61,518 nucleotides of DNA from a virus (taxonomy: Duplodnaviria; Caudoviricetes), in IMG/VR virus record IMGVR_UViG_3300020595_000037, positions 1 to 61,518 of that record. One strand, given 5' to 3'. The notes under the pieces were generated by a model. That model had not been told where the DNA came from and ran no database searches. It saw only the letters and a program-made list of their open reading frames with translations. The translations under genes and the position numbers were made by a program. Numbering within the stretch: the first letter of the stretch is position 1; every line of letters begins with the position of its first letter. This document shows, one piece after another, positions 47,730 through 56,400 of the stretch.

Positions 47730-48205
47730 TTTTCTTCTGCATGGTTATCTACTAAAAACTTTTCAGTCCAGTTAGTATAACCCATATTGTTTTGCTTATA
47801 TTTTTTTATAAGTTTATCAGGTGTACCAACAAATTCACATACGTTATTATACTGATTGTAAGCACTTAGCCATACATCAGACTTACCTGTCCATATAATC
47901 CACGTGTATTCATGGTCACACGAGTCAACATTAGGATATAAGTATTGACTGTTATAATGAAAGTCATGTACTAAATGTGATGCTATTCTTGATCCATCAC
48001 CAAAGTTGTTAAAACCTCTGTATTCTTGCATATGGTTAATCCAGTTTGCAAGCTCTATACCTCTCCACTCAGGATAACCGTCGTGGTGCAGATACATGTG
48101 AACATAAGATTTATCACTAACCAATTGAGGTTTAAGCGCAAATCCCGCTTCATGATCTTCTGCGTGTGATCTGTCGATCACTAGTGTCATATTTCTTGTA
48201 CTCAT
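47699..48205 (-). CDS. Conserved hypothetical phage protein
   Basis: MSTR N-terminus and YLHHDGYPE..G motif. Confidence 0.7.
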   Translation of the reverse strand: MSTRNMTLVIDRSHAEDHEAGFALKPQLVSDKSYVHMYLHHDGYPEWRGIELANWINHMQEYRGFNNFGDGSRIASHLVHDFHYNSQYLYPNVDSCDHEYTWIIWTGKSDVWLSAYNQYNNVCEFVGTPDKLIKKYKQNNMGYTNWTEKFLVDNHAEENYKLNTKYDG

Positions 48206-48366
48206 TATACTAATTCTTCACCTATGCTGATTATTTCAGCGATTATTAATACTGCTACGCCTAATGACAATGATGACAATAGGATGCTAAAGCCCATGAC
48301 TCTAATCACTGACTTTGTTAAACTCACTTTAAAGTGTGGAGTTAATTTACTTTTTAATTTTTTCAT
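48205..48366 (-). CDS. 53-aa membrane protein
   Basis: MKKLKSK...IRVMGFSILLSSLSLGVAVLIIAEIISIGEELV; TAATG coupling. Confidence 0.6.
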   Translation of the reverse strand: MKKLKSKLTPHFKVSLTKSVIRVMGFSILLSSLSLGVAVLIIAEIISIGEELV

Positions 48367-48376
48367 AATTATTATT

Positions 48377-48628
48377 TTAGTCTAGTAAAACCATGTAAGC
48401 TTTACTGTTATGTGTTCTAAACCAGCTTAAACCGTTTTGCCAGTTTTTAATTGTTTTATCACTTAGTGTTGTAGATGGCAACATTGCACATCCCATCACA
48501 AAGTCATACATACTTAATTCTAAGTTGTTTAGTTCGTATGTCTCGCCTGAAAAAGGATTTGTTACTGTGTCGCCTTTCTCGTATACTGTACCGTCGAACC
48601 ATTTAGGTAATTGTGTTTTGTTTTTCAT
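48377..48628 (-). CDS. Hypothetical early protein
   Basis: 83-aa ORF, V.NPFSGE...L...ELS.YD..MG...AYMVLLD. Confidence 0.7.
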   Translation of the reverse strand: MKNKTQLPKWFDGTVYEKGDTVTNPFSGETYELNNLELSMYDFVMGCAMLPSTTLSDKTIKNWQNGLSWFRTHNSKAYMVLLD

Positions 48629-48857
48629 AATCTAAGTAATCTATTCTTTCGTGATCTTTTTCTATTAATGATGCTATATAATCCCACACTTCACGTTGTT
48701 GTTTTGTGTGTCTCAATACACCTTCTAGTTGGTCTATTGTTATAAAAGGTGTGTTATCATCTTTTATTTCTTGCTTTAGCCTGCTAATGTCAGTGTCTAG
48801 ACTGTATACATTAGCAAAAGCTTTGTCATGTGCTAAGTTTTGTATTCTTCTATTCAT
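48603..48857 (-). CDS. Hypothetical early protein
   Basis: 84-aa ORF, operon packing. Confidence 0.6.
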   Translation of the reverse strand: MNRRIQNLAHDKAFANVYSLDTDISRLKQEIKDDNTPFITIDQLEGVLRHTKQQREVWDYIASLIEKDHERIDYLDYEKQNTIT

Positions 48858-49091
48858 CTATTTATTAATTATAGAACTGCCATACATTATGTCTTGAGCA
48901 GATAAGTTGTAAGTTTTTATATCACAGTATACTGATATGTCAGATATTTGACTGATTGTTAAATCATACCATGATGTTTCAGACATAAGTGCATACTTAA
49001 GTCTTTTAGCACTAGAGTATTTTCTAGCATTTGTTTGCAGTGACGACTTAAAACCTGGTTTTAGTCTGTCATAAATTGTTTTTAATCTCAT
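48858..49091 (-). CDS. Hypothetical early protein
   Basis: 77-aa ORF whose ATG directly follows motif copy B. Confidence 0.65.
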   Translation of the reverse strand: MRLKTIYDRLKPGFKSSLQTNARKYSSAKRLKYALMSETSWYDLTISQISDISVYCDIKTYNLSAQDIMYGSSIINK

Positions 49092-49129
49092 ATTTATATT
49101 ATCCGTGTTAATTCGTATTTAGTCTGTAA
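49092..49129 (-). promoter_or_regulatory. Repeated early motif, copy B
   Basis: TTACAGACTAAATACGA-N8-GGATAATATAAAT then ATG. Confidence 0.8.
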
Positions 49130-49331
49130 CATATCTTTCTTTGTTACTATCGATTATTTCACCGATCTCATCTTGCATAGATATTATATCCATAGCAAGT
49201 AGTTGTATTTCTGCTAAGCCATTAACTTCATAAGTACTTAGATCATTGACTTCGTTTTCTTGTATAGCGTACACGCAGTCTTGCAACGCTTTTGCAGTAT
49301 TCTCAAACCTGCAATAACTCATATTTGGCAT
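49119..49331 (-). CDS. Conserved hypothetical phage protein
   Basis: MPNMSYCRFENT..L.DC N-terminal motif. Confidence 0.7.
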   Translation of the reverse strand: MPNMSYCRFENTAKALQDCVYAIQENEVNDLSTYEVNGLAEIQLLAMDIISMQDEIGEIIDSNKERYVTD

Positions 49332-49351
49332 ATTTAATTATTTAATATTAG

Positions 49352-49423
<72 letters not shown>

Positions 49424-49428
49424 TTTAG

Positions 49429-49512
49429 TGGAAGTGGGCGGAATCGAACCGCCGTTTGAGATTGCTACCGTTAATTTGTCGGTTCTAAAATCTCACTTAC
49501 CTTATCACTCCC
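49429..49512 (-). ncRNA. tRNA-like RNA resembling the isolated tRNA-like domain of tmRNA
   Basis: Acceptor GGGAGTG/CACTTCC-A with G3-U70, unpaired 10-nt D loop, helix TGAGATT/AATCTCA, 3-nt linker, T arm GGCGG-TTCGATT-CCGCC. Confidence 0.75.
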
Positions 49513-49515
49513 ATT

Positions 49516-49664
49516 TCGAGGCACCAGTTGTGGACAGGTAGTTAACTAGTATTGTCATTTATCCACACTTTCTGTTTCGTACTGGTACAGTAGAACGCCA
49601 TTTTTACTTGCCATTACACTATTGTACCGATCTACCTAACGTGACCTGTATGCCGCCGCCTCGA
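49516..49664 (-). ncRNA. Unassigned multi-stem structured RNA (149 nt)
   Basis: Closing stem TCGAGGC/GCCTCGA, internal stems and a possible pseudoknot. Confidence 0.6.
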
Positions 49665-49666
49665 TT

Positions 49667-49737
49667 GCTAGCTATTCAGTTATGTGATAACATCTTGCGT
49701 ATAAGATCGCTATCGCTAATTAACCTACTCGTCTAGC
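49667..49737 (-). ncRNA. Unassigned rod-like structured RNA (71 nt)
   Basis: Nested stems GCTAG/CTAGC, GGTTA/TAACT, GATAGC/GTTATC, ATCTT/AAGAT; G-U pairs favour the minus strand. Confidence 0.55.
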
Positions 49738-49742
49738 TTCTT

Positions 49743-49931
49743 TTATTTTCTACGCCAAGCTTTGTGTACTTGATCACTTAGTTCTTGACTTACTACTTGT
49801 ATTTCTAGAACTTGTTTGTTAGCAATAATAGGTATATAGCTATATTGCTGAGTTGAACTACAGTTTACACAATTTGAATAACCTAATGCTATTCTGCCTG
49901 CCGGTATTTTATTATTACATTTGCATCTCAT
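49743..49931 (-). CDS. Small zinc-finger protein (DksA/TraR-like finger)
   Basis: CKC...IPAGRIALGY..CVNCS; ATG directly after motif copy C. Confidence 0.65.
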   Translation of the reverse strand: MRCKCNNKIPAGRIALGYSNCVNCSSTQQYSYIPIIANKQVLEIQVVSQELSDQVHKAWRRK

Positions 49932-49969
49932 ATTATTATTATCCGTTTACAATCGTATTTAGTTTGTAA
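49932..49969 (-). promoter_or_regulatory. Repeated early motif, copy C (upstream of the RNA array)
   Basis: TTACAAACTAAATACGA-N8-GGATAATAATAAT then ATG. Confidence 0.8.
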
Positions 49970-50067
49970 TTAAATCTTCTATAATATTCTACTTCAAATC
50001 TTTCCGCTTCATACTTAGTTATTTTAATTAGTTTAATGTGCTTATGTCTTAGTTTTCTAGTCTTCAT
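49939..50067 (-). CDS. 42-aa basic hypothetical protein
   Basis: MKTRKLRHKHIKLIK...YKLNTIVNG; ends inside motif copy C. Confidence 0.45.
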   Translation of the reverse strand: MKTRKLRHKHIKLIKITKYEAERFEVEYYRRFNYKLNTIVNG

Positions 50068-50260
50068 CTAATTCTGAATGTAATTTTTCTATTGTAGCAC
50101 ACATAATCATGTGCATTAATTGGTTGTACTCGTCACCTTCTAGTTTGTTATGATCTAGTTCTGAACCATCAATAGCCCACTGAACAGAGTCATATAACGT
50201 TTCTTTGATGTAAGAGACTTGAGCGTCTGCTATTTCATCTATAATTTTCATTTTACTCAT
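50057..50260 (-). CDS. Acidic hypothetical early protein
   Basis: 67-aa ORF, ATGA overlap. Confidence 0.6.
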   Translation of the reverse strand: MSKMKIIDEIADAQVSYIKETLYDSVQWAIDGSELDHNKLEGDEYNQLMHMIMCATIEKLHSELDED

Positions 50261-50493
50261 GCTTTATTTATTATTTTTAATTGTTTTAAGTCATATTTCT
50301 GTGTGTTTTCACGCCACATTTTGTGCATTGTGTACTTACTTGATTGAGTATACGATGTTTTACCTTTAGTTTTAACATTTTTCCACTCACGATCAGTCAA
50401 ACCACTACACGAACCATGCGCTTTATTAAGCTCATAGTGCTGAAACGCACGCTTACGTCTGCTATTTTTAGAGTATTCTAGCAACTCACGCAT
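50257..50493 (-). CDS. Basic hypothetical early protein
   Basis: Start placed at MRELLEY, just after the upstream stop. Confidence 0.55.
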   Translation of the reverse strand: MRELLEYSKNSRRKRAFQHYELNKAHGSCSGLTDREWKNVKTKGKTSYTQSSKYTMHKMWRENTQKYDLKQLKIINKA

Positions 50494-50497
50494 GTTT

Positions 50498-50644
50498 TTA
50501 CACATATATTCTATCATTTATGCGATAAAACGTAGTATAATCTGTGTACTCTGTGTTTTGATGTAGTCGAGTAAGGACTTGGTAACCATTGTCAGTTTCT
50601 AAAACTGCATTACCTGTTTCTTGATTGAATTTAATTGATTTCAT
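50498..50644 (-). CDS. 48-aa hypothetical early protein
   Basis: MKSIKFNQETGNAVLETDNGYQVL...; ATG directly after motif copy D. Confidence 0.6.
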   Translation of the reverse strand: MKSIKFNQETGNAVLETDNGYQVLTRLHQNTEYTDYTTFYRINDRIYV

Positions 50645-50683
50645 ATATAATTATTATCTTACTTTATTCGTATTTGGTTTGTA
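50645..50683 (-). promoter_or_regulatory. Repeated early motif, copy D (divergent)
   Basis: TACAAACCAAATACGA-N8-AGATAATAATTATAT then ATG. Confidence 0.7.
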
Positions 50684-51112
50684 TTATAATTTACCATAAA
50701 AGTAGTTTTTTAAGTAAAAATCTAGCATAAATTTCATTCTAGCCATAGTATTCCAGATTTTAGTTCTAGTAAAACTTCTGTATTTATATGTTTTAAGTAT
50801 ACCTTCATCAGTTAAAAACATTTGTCTGCGCTCTGACTTATAAACTGGATTTAGTTGATAGTTAGATGAGCAAGAGTTTACATTTCTTACATAACCTGAT
50901 TTATACACTGCTAATCTTAGTTTTATTTTAGAAGCAAATTTCTCGCCTTTTAAATAAAAATACCTTGATGGTACAGGAAATTCAAACTCTCGTGTACTAT
51001 TTTTAGCTTGACGCTGTGTTGTGACTTCTTTGATATTATACTCGACTAGTAGTCGTCTAGCGAACGCATTTTCTAATGCTTCTTGCTCGAGTTTCCATGC
51101 TTTATATGCCAT
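50684..51112 (-). CDS. Basic hypothetical early protein
   Basis: 142-aa ORF. Confidence 0.65.
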   Translation of the reverse strand: MAYKAWKLEQEALENAFARRLLVEYNIKEVTTQRQAKNSTREFEFPVPSRYFYLKGEKFASKIKLRLAVYKSGYVRNVNSCSSNYQLNPVYKSERRQMFLTDEGILKTYKYRSFTRTKIWNTMARMKFMLDFYLKNYFYGKL

Positions 51113-51308
51113 AATTAGTATTAAAGTTAATTGATTTTGCTACGTTTTGACGCCATTCCCACTCTTTCTTGCGATATTCATAGCTATTACACCATTTTTT
51201 TACAGCAGTAACTTGTGGTATTTCACCGTATTTTGCTTCATAGTCAAGACATTGTTGTAACTTTGCTTGTATTTCTGAAGCGGGATAGTCTATATATTGT
51301 TTATTCAT
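51102..51308 (-). CDS. Hypothetical early protein
   Basis: 68-aa ORF. Confidence 0.6.
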   Translation of the reverse strand: MNKQYIDYPASEIQAKLQQCLDYEAKYGEIPQVTAVKKWCNSYEYRKKEWEWRQNVAKSINFNTNYGI

Positions 51309-51309
51309 A

Positions 51310-51423
51310 TTATTTATTTTCTAAGTAGTTTTCATATAAGCTTTTAATATACACTTTGTCATTAAGTTCTTCAGTAGTTAACTCGTGAAGTTGCAAGAAT
51401 TTATTAAATATTATATCATTCAT
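51310..51423 (-). CDS. 37-aa hypothetical early protein
   Basis: MNDIIFNKFLQLHELTTEELND...; ATG directly after motif copy E. Confidence 0.55.
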   Translation of the reverse strand: MNDIIFNKFLQLHELTTEELNDKVYIKSLYENYLENK

Positions 51424-51461
51424 ATTATTATTATCCATTAGTTATCGTATTTAGTTTGTAA
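51424..51461 (-). promoter_or_regulatory. Repeated early motif, copy E
   Basis: TTACAAACTAAATACGA-N8-GGATAATAATAAT then ATG. Confidence 0.8.
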
Positions 51462-51625
51462 TATAAATACAGTGTTAGTAGTAAATTTAATACTGTTATA
51501 CTTATGTTTATATAGTCATTATAAGAATGATCAAACACTAAATGATTTTGTAAGTCAGTTTGAATAGTGTGTAATTCTAGTGCGTCATTTAATTCTGCAC
51601 CTGTAAATACTTTTATTTCTTCCAT
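51431..51625 (-). CDS. Small protein with C-terminal TM helix
   Basis: YINISITVLNLLLTLYLYY hydrophobic stretch. Confidence 0.6.
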   Translation of the reverse strand: MEEIKVFTGAELNDALELHTIQTDLQNHLVFDHSYNDYINISITVLNLLLTLYLYYKLNTITNG

Positions 51626-51626
51626 A

Positions 51627-51761
51627 TTATATTATATTAAATTTGTGAGTTTCTATTATACCAAGAACATCTGCTCTTGTTAGTTCATCTTTCATTTGTA
51701 GCAATATTGCCCAAGTGAGATCTATGTTTTTAGCATAGTGTGTATTTAAATTGTATATCAT
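51627..51761 (-). CDS. 44-aa hypothetical early protein
   Basis: Start placed at MIYNLNT, just 3' of the minihelix. Confidence 0.5.
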   Translation of the reverse strand: MIYNLNTHYAKNIDLTWAILLQMKDELTRADVLGIIETHKFNII

Positions 51762-51763
51762 AG

Positions 51764-51804
51764 TTGACATGAGTGGAATCGAACCACTGCTAACCATTAT
51801 GTCA
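51764..51804 (-). ncRNA. tRNA minihelix-like element (acceptor stem plus T arm only)
   Basis: TGACAT-A-ATGGTTAGC-AGTGG-TTCGATT-CCACT-C-ATGTCA-A. Confidence 0.55.
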
Positions 51805-51883
51805 TTTGATAGACTCAACTTTGTTTTGAGTGGAGAGAATCGTCGACGCCCACTTATGCTACTACTGTAAGAAATGAGTTATA

Positions 51884-52111
51884 TTATACTAACTCTTTAT
51901 CTCTTAGTACTACTGGAATATTATTAGTAGCAGTGTATGATTTGTACTTTATGAAGCAAGCCATTTTTTCTAGATTACTTTTCATAATGTTGAAAGCTTT
52001 GTCGTGATTGTACACATACTTTTTACCTTTTTTGTTAGTGAATTCGATAGTTACATTTTTACCTACTAGTGACTGTCTGATGACAAATCTTTTTGAAATT
52101 AAATTACTCAT
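51884..52111 (-). CDS. Basic hypothetical early protein
   Basis: 75-aa ORF downstream of motif copy F. Confidence 0.7.
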   Translation of the reverse strand: MSNLISKRFVIRQSLVGKNVTIEFTNKKGKKYVYNHDKAFNIMKSNLEKMACFIKYKSYTATNNIPVVLRDKELV

Positions 52112-52141
52112 ATTATTATATTTATTTATTATTAGTTACAT

Positions 52142-52177
52142 TATTATTATCCACATCATGTCGTATTTAGTTTGTAA
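52142..52177 (-). promoter_or_regulatory. Repeated early motif, copy F
   Basis: TTACAAACTAAATACGA-N8-GGATAATAATA then ATGTAA. Confidence 0.8.
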
Positions 52178-52268
52178 TGTGAGTGTGGAATTGTTTAGTT
52201 CACATTAGTGTGTAAGAGGTATGGCACGCGAGTGCTAATTAACTTACATTATATTTAATTAATTACTA

Positions 52269-52409
52269 TTATCTTACTCTGTCATACTTTGAAATTGGTA
52301 TGAGTGCAATGAGTTCTCTCATGCGAGACTTTGACTCATCAGTTGGATTAAATGTAGAGTGAAATTCATCTAGCATTTGTAATTCTTTGTATATTTCTTT
52401 TAAATTCAT
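52269..52409 (-). CDS. 46-aa hypothetical protein, first gene of the leftward block
   Basis: MNLKEIYKELQMLDEFHSTF...; downstream of motif copy G. Confidence 0.55.
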   Translation of the reverse strand: MNLKEIYKELQMLDEFHSTFNPTDESKSRMRELIALIPISKYDRVR

Positions 52410-52434
52410 ATTGTATATTGTTTTTTACTTACAT

Positions 52435-52470
52435 TTATATTATCCACATGTAGTCGTATTTCTGTTGTAA
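52435..52470 (-). promoter_or_regulatory. Repeated early motif, copy G
   Basis: TTACAACAGAAATACGA-N8-GGATAATATAA then ATGTAA. Confidence 0.75.
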
Positions 52471-52617
52471 AAGTAAAAGATAAAACTTTTTACATAAATA
52501 TGTGAAAAAAGTGGCCCGTGGGGCTAAAATAAGTCAATTTCTGTAATGTGTTGGGTATCAGAGAGTTAGGAGCAACGCTTTACTTCCCTATAATTAACAG
52601 CTTTTCAGAATGAAAAC

Positions 52618-52665
52618 TGTGACATAAGGCTATTAAGGTATAAGAGTAACAGGCTATTGTCACAC
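52618..52665. promoter_or_regulatory. GTGACA-N33-TGTCAC element, copy 2, in the divergent intergenic region
   Basis: Inverted arms, internal AGGCTATT direct repeat, similarity to 45356-45402. Confidence 0.65.
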
Positions 52666-52781
52666 TATTAATATATACATCTATATATAAGAGTAAAATC
52701 GGTGCAAAACGTGTAATATTACCTACCATAGCGCGCTTCATAAAAAGTCCGTAAAAGAATAATGCAAATAAAAAAAGAAAA

Positions 52782-53435
52782 ATGGCAATAATCTATTCAT
52801 ACCCCACTCTAGTACCACAATTAGGCGACAAAGTGCTTGGATCAAACATCGTAGATTCAGCAGGACAGCCAGTTATTGGTAATCCCACGGTACAATACAC
52901 TCTAAACGACATAAAACTACTAGTTGATCAAAACTATGTACAGCAAATAGAATCATCTTCGGCTGTTGCTTCACAGGCATCTGTGGTAAACCAGCCTTAT
53001 AGCATACAATTTGGTGCTGAAACCGGTACAGCTGTTGATAATGTACAATTATTAAAAACAAATGGAAGTGATGTTGCTGCTAGTAAAATAAAATTCAACA
53101 CAGCAGGTACATATCAAATAACATTAACATATTCTGTTGGTGTTAACCAAGGAGCTAACACACCTTACTTAATATTTAGAACATTAAAAGACGGTACAAC
53201 ACAAGAAGGTCCAACTGTTGTTGTAAATGAGGCTTTTCCTACAATAAACACACCTATCCCACTTATTATTCCAGTTACAATACATGTAACAGAGCCTTGT
53301 TATTACAATTTTCAAATGATGCGTAGTAATGCTGGAGCAAATGATGGTGGTTTAGTTAAAAACGGTACACCAATAAATGTTTCAGGTGTTACAGAGCCTA
53401 GCATAGCAACAATAAAAATATCTAAACTAATATAA
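52782..53435 (+). CDS. Putative tail/fibre-associated structural protein
   Basis: 217 aa; shares the MAIIYSYP N-terminus with the next gene; beta-sandwich-like C-terminus. Confidence 0.6.
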   Translation: MAIIYSYPTLVPQLGDKVLGSNIVDSAGQPVIGNPTVQYTLNDIKLLVDQNYVQQIESSSAVASQASVVNQPYSIQFGAETGTAVDNVQLLKTNGSDVAASKIKFNTAGTYQITLTYSVGVNQGANTPYLIFRTLKDGTTQEGPTVVVNEAFPTINTPIPLIIPVTIHVTEPCYYNFQMMRSNAGANDGGLVKNGTPINVSGVTEPSIATIKISKLI

Positions 53436-53436
53436 C

Positions 53437-56400
53437 ATGGCAATAATATATTCATATCCCGTAGTAGATCCTACACTTAATGACCTAGTGTTGGGTACAG
53501 ATGTAGATGCACAGGGAAAACCAACGAAAAACTTTACTATACAAAGTATTGTAAGTTTAATTCAAGGTAGTGCAACAGGTTTAGAGGCTGTTTTAGCCGA
53601 TAGTCCAGACGGTGGAGGTTTAAACATACTAAACATAGGAAATATAACAGGTTCTGGAGTTTCTACTTCAGTTTCTTTTACAGACAGTACTATGACTATA
53701 TCTAACGGAACTGGTACTGGTTTTGTTAGTATAAGTTCTACAGATTTTGTTGGTGATTTAACAGGTGTTGTAAAAAACAGCTCAAGCATACAAGGAGATG
53801 TAACAGGTGTAACACAGCCAGTTGGTACTAGTAATACAAAACTAGCAACAACAGCGTTTGTTATGAATAAAGTTGATCCTTCTGTATTACAATACTTAGG
53901 TGATGCAACGGGTCCTTTTGATTTAAACCTTGTAGATGATGATTTTAAAATATCAGGTACAGCTAATCAAATAGAAACAACAGCAACAACGGTAGGAGGT
54001 AATGTAGGTACTATAAACTTAAAATTTCCTACAACAGGTGTAACTCTACCAGATGGTTCAACTGCTACAACACAAGCTGCAGCAGATAATTCTACAGATG
54101 TAGCTACGACAGCTTTTGTACAACAAGAAAATAGTGCTCAGGATTTAGATTTTATAGGGGATACTGGTACATCGTCAGTTCTTTTAAATAGCCAAACACT
54201 AGATTTTGAAGGAACAACTAATGAGATTACAACAGCGGTAACAGCTCAAAAGGTTAAGTTTAGCTTACCAAGTAGTGTTACTATCGGTGGTACTTTTACG
54301 GGTACTACATTTGCTGGTGATTTACTAGGTACTGTAAATACAGCTACAACAGGTACAACACAAAGTGCAGGTGATGATTCAACTAAAATAGCTACAACAG
54401 CTTACGTAGATGCTGCTGCTGGGGCTAAAATATTACAATACCAAGGAGATACAGGTGGACCATTTGATTTAAATTTAAAAGATGATGATCTTGATATAGC
54501 TGGTGGAAGCAATATTTCTACAACAGCTGCTACTGTAGCCGCAAACTTAGGTGTTATAACTATAGACTTAAATGATAGTGTAACTATATCTGGTACAAGT
54601 AAAGCAGATACATTTACAACCACACTTGGAGTTGCAACATGGGTTACAACAGTATTAGATGGATTTACAGCTATTACATCAGATTTATTTACAGGGGATT
54701 TAACGGGTAATGCAAGTTCAGCAACAGCTTTAGCTTCAGGAGGTGCATTAAGTTTTGGAGGAGAGGTTACATTAAGTAGTTCAACACCTAGCCCAGCAAC
54801 TTATACTAGTGGTGGTAATGTAAGTTTAAACCTTGGTTTAAATAATGATGCTGTTACAGCTAAAGTATTAAACGGTTTAGTTATTCCAGCTACAGGATCT
54901 AGCGTTGTACCTAGTGATTCTATACTTTCTGGTATTGGTAAACTACAAGCTCAAGTTAATACTGGAGCTACAGGTCTTAGATTTATGGGATCTTGGAATG
55001 CAAGTATGGACACAGGAGGTACTGATAATACGCCTGATGGAACACCAGCTCTTACTTCTGGTGGTGGTTTAGCAACATCAGGTACAAACTCAAGCGTTAC
55101 CGCTGGTAAATTAATAGATTCTTCAGCTACGTTCTCGTCAACAGTTACAGCTAATGATAGAGTATACAATGAAGCAGGTGCTTTTACAACAATAACATCT
55201 ATTGACTCTAATACTCAACTTACTTTAGTTGATGATATATTTTTAACAACTGGCCAAGCATATACAATAGATAATGATCCTGCATTAAGTCAAGGAGAAT
55301 ATTATGTTGTTAGTGCTATTGGTTCTAGTACATCAAGAAACGCAACATTAAATGGAACTCAAGACTGGGCTGTGGGTGATTGGGTTATAGCAGGTGCAGG
55401 TAACACGTGGGAGAAATTAGATCAAACAGGTGTTGATGGTACTGGTAGTGCTAATAGATTAGCTAAATTTTCTAGTACAAGCGTAATAGCTGATTCAATA
55501 ATACTAGAAGAAACAGGTGGTATAAAATTAGATTCGGGTAAAACAATAACAACACAAGGTTCTGGTGGTAATTTAATTATTGCTGGAGCTTCGAGTGTAT
55601 CAGGTTTAACAACTGCGGGTGCAGCGTTATCTTTAACAGGTGGTGTTAATCTTCCAACTGGTGCATACGGTGCGGCTAATCAAGTATTAGGTAATGCTAA
55701 CGCTGCTGGTGGTGCTGGTAATGATTTAGTTTGGATAACACCTACAACAGGTACAGTCGAAAGCGTAACAGCTGGAGACGGTATTGTTTTAACAGGTGAT
55801 GCGGTTGATCCAGTTGTTAATGTAGATTATGCAGGAACCGACAATATAGTGTTAAGTGCTGGAGCAGCGGTAACACCTGTAGGTGCAGATACTATAATTA
55901 TAAATGATGCTACTACTGGAAATGTTGTTCAAGCTTTAGTATCTAACTTACCATTTGATGCGTATAACAAGTGGGTGTTAACAGGTGATACTGGAACTCA
56001 AAACGTAGAATCAGGCAATACAGTTGATATTGCAGGTGGAACATATATAACAACAGCTGCCGCTGCAACTGATACTTTAACTATAAATCACGATACTACA
56101 AGTAGAACAGATACAGCTTCAACTGATGCACCTTCTTTTGGTGGAACTTTTGATGCGGTAACTAGTGTAACAAGTAATACAACAGGGCATGTAACGGCTA
56201 TAGATATTTCTACAGTTACTTTACCTTCTCCAGTTAATTTTACAGCTGGATCCGCCCCTGGCGCTACAGCTGCTGTTGGTACTGCAGGTTATGTTCCTGC
56301 TCCTGCGGCTGGAACTGGAAGCACGGCTTATTTCTTAAATGCAACCGGCACAATGACTATTCCACCTAATGATGACGGTGTAACTGCGGTAACAGCAACC

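Noticed and set aside
49429-49512. Ordinary tRNA-Ala or intron-containing tRNA
   Set aside because: No D stem and no canonical 5-bp/7-nt anticodon arm with an NGC anticodon
51812-51880. Hammerhead ribozyme suggested by GAAA next to a stem
   Set aside because: No CUGANGA core and no correctly placed NUH site
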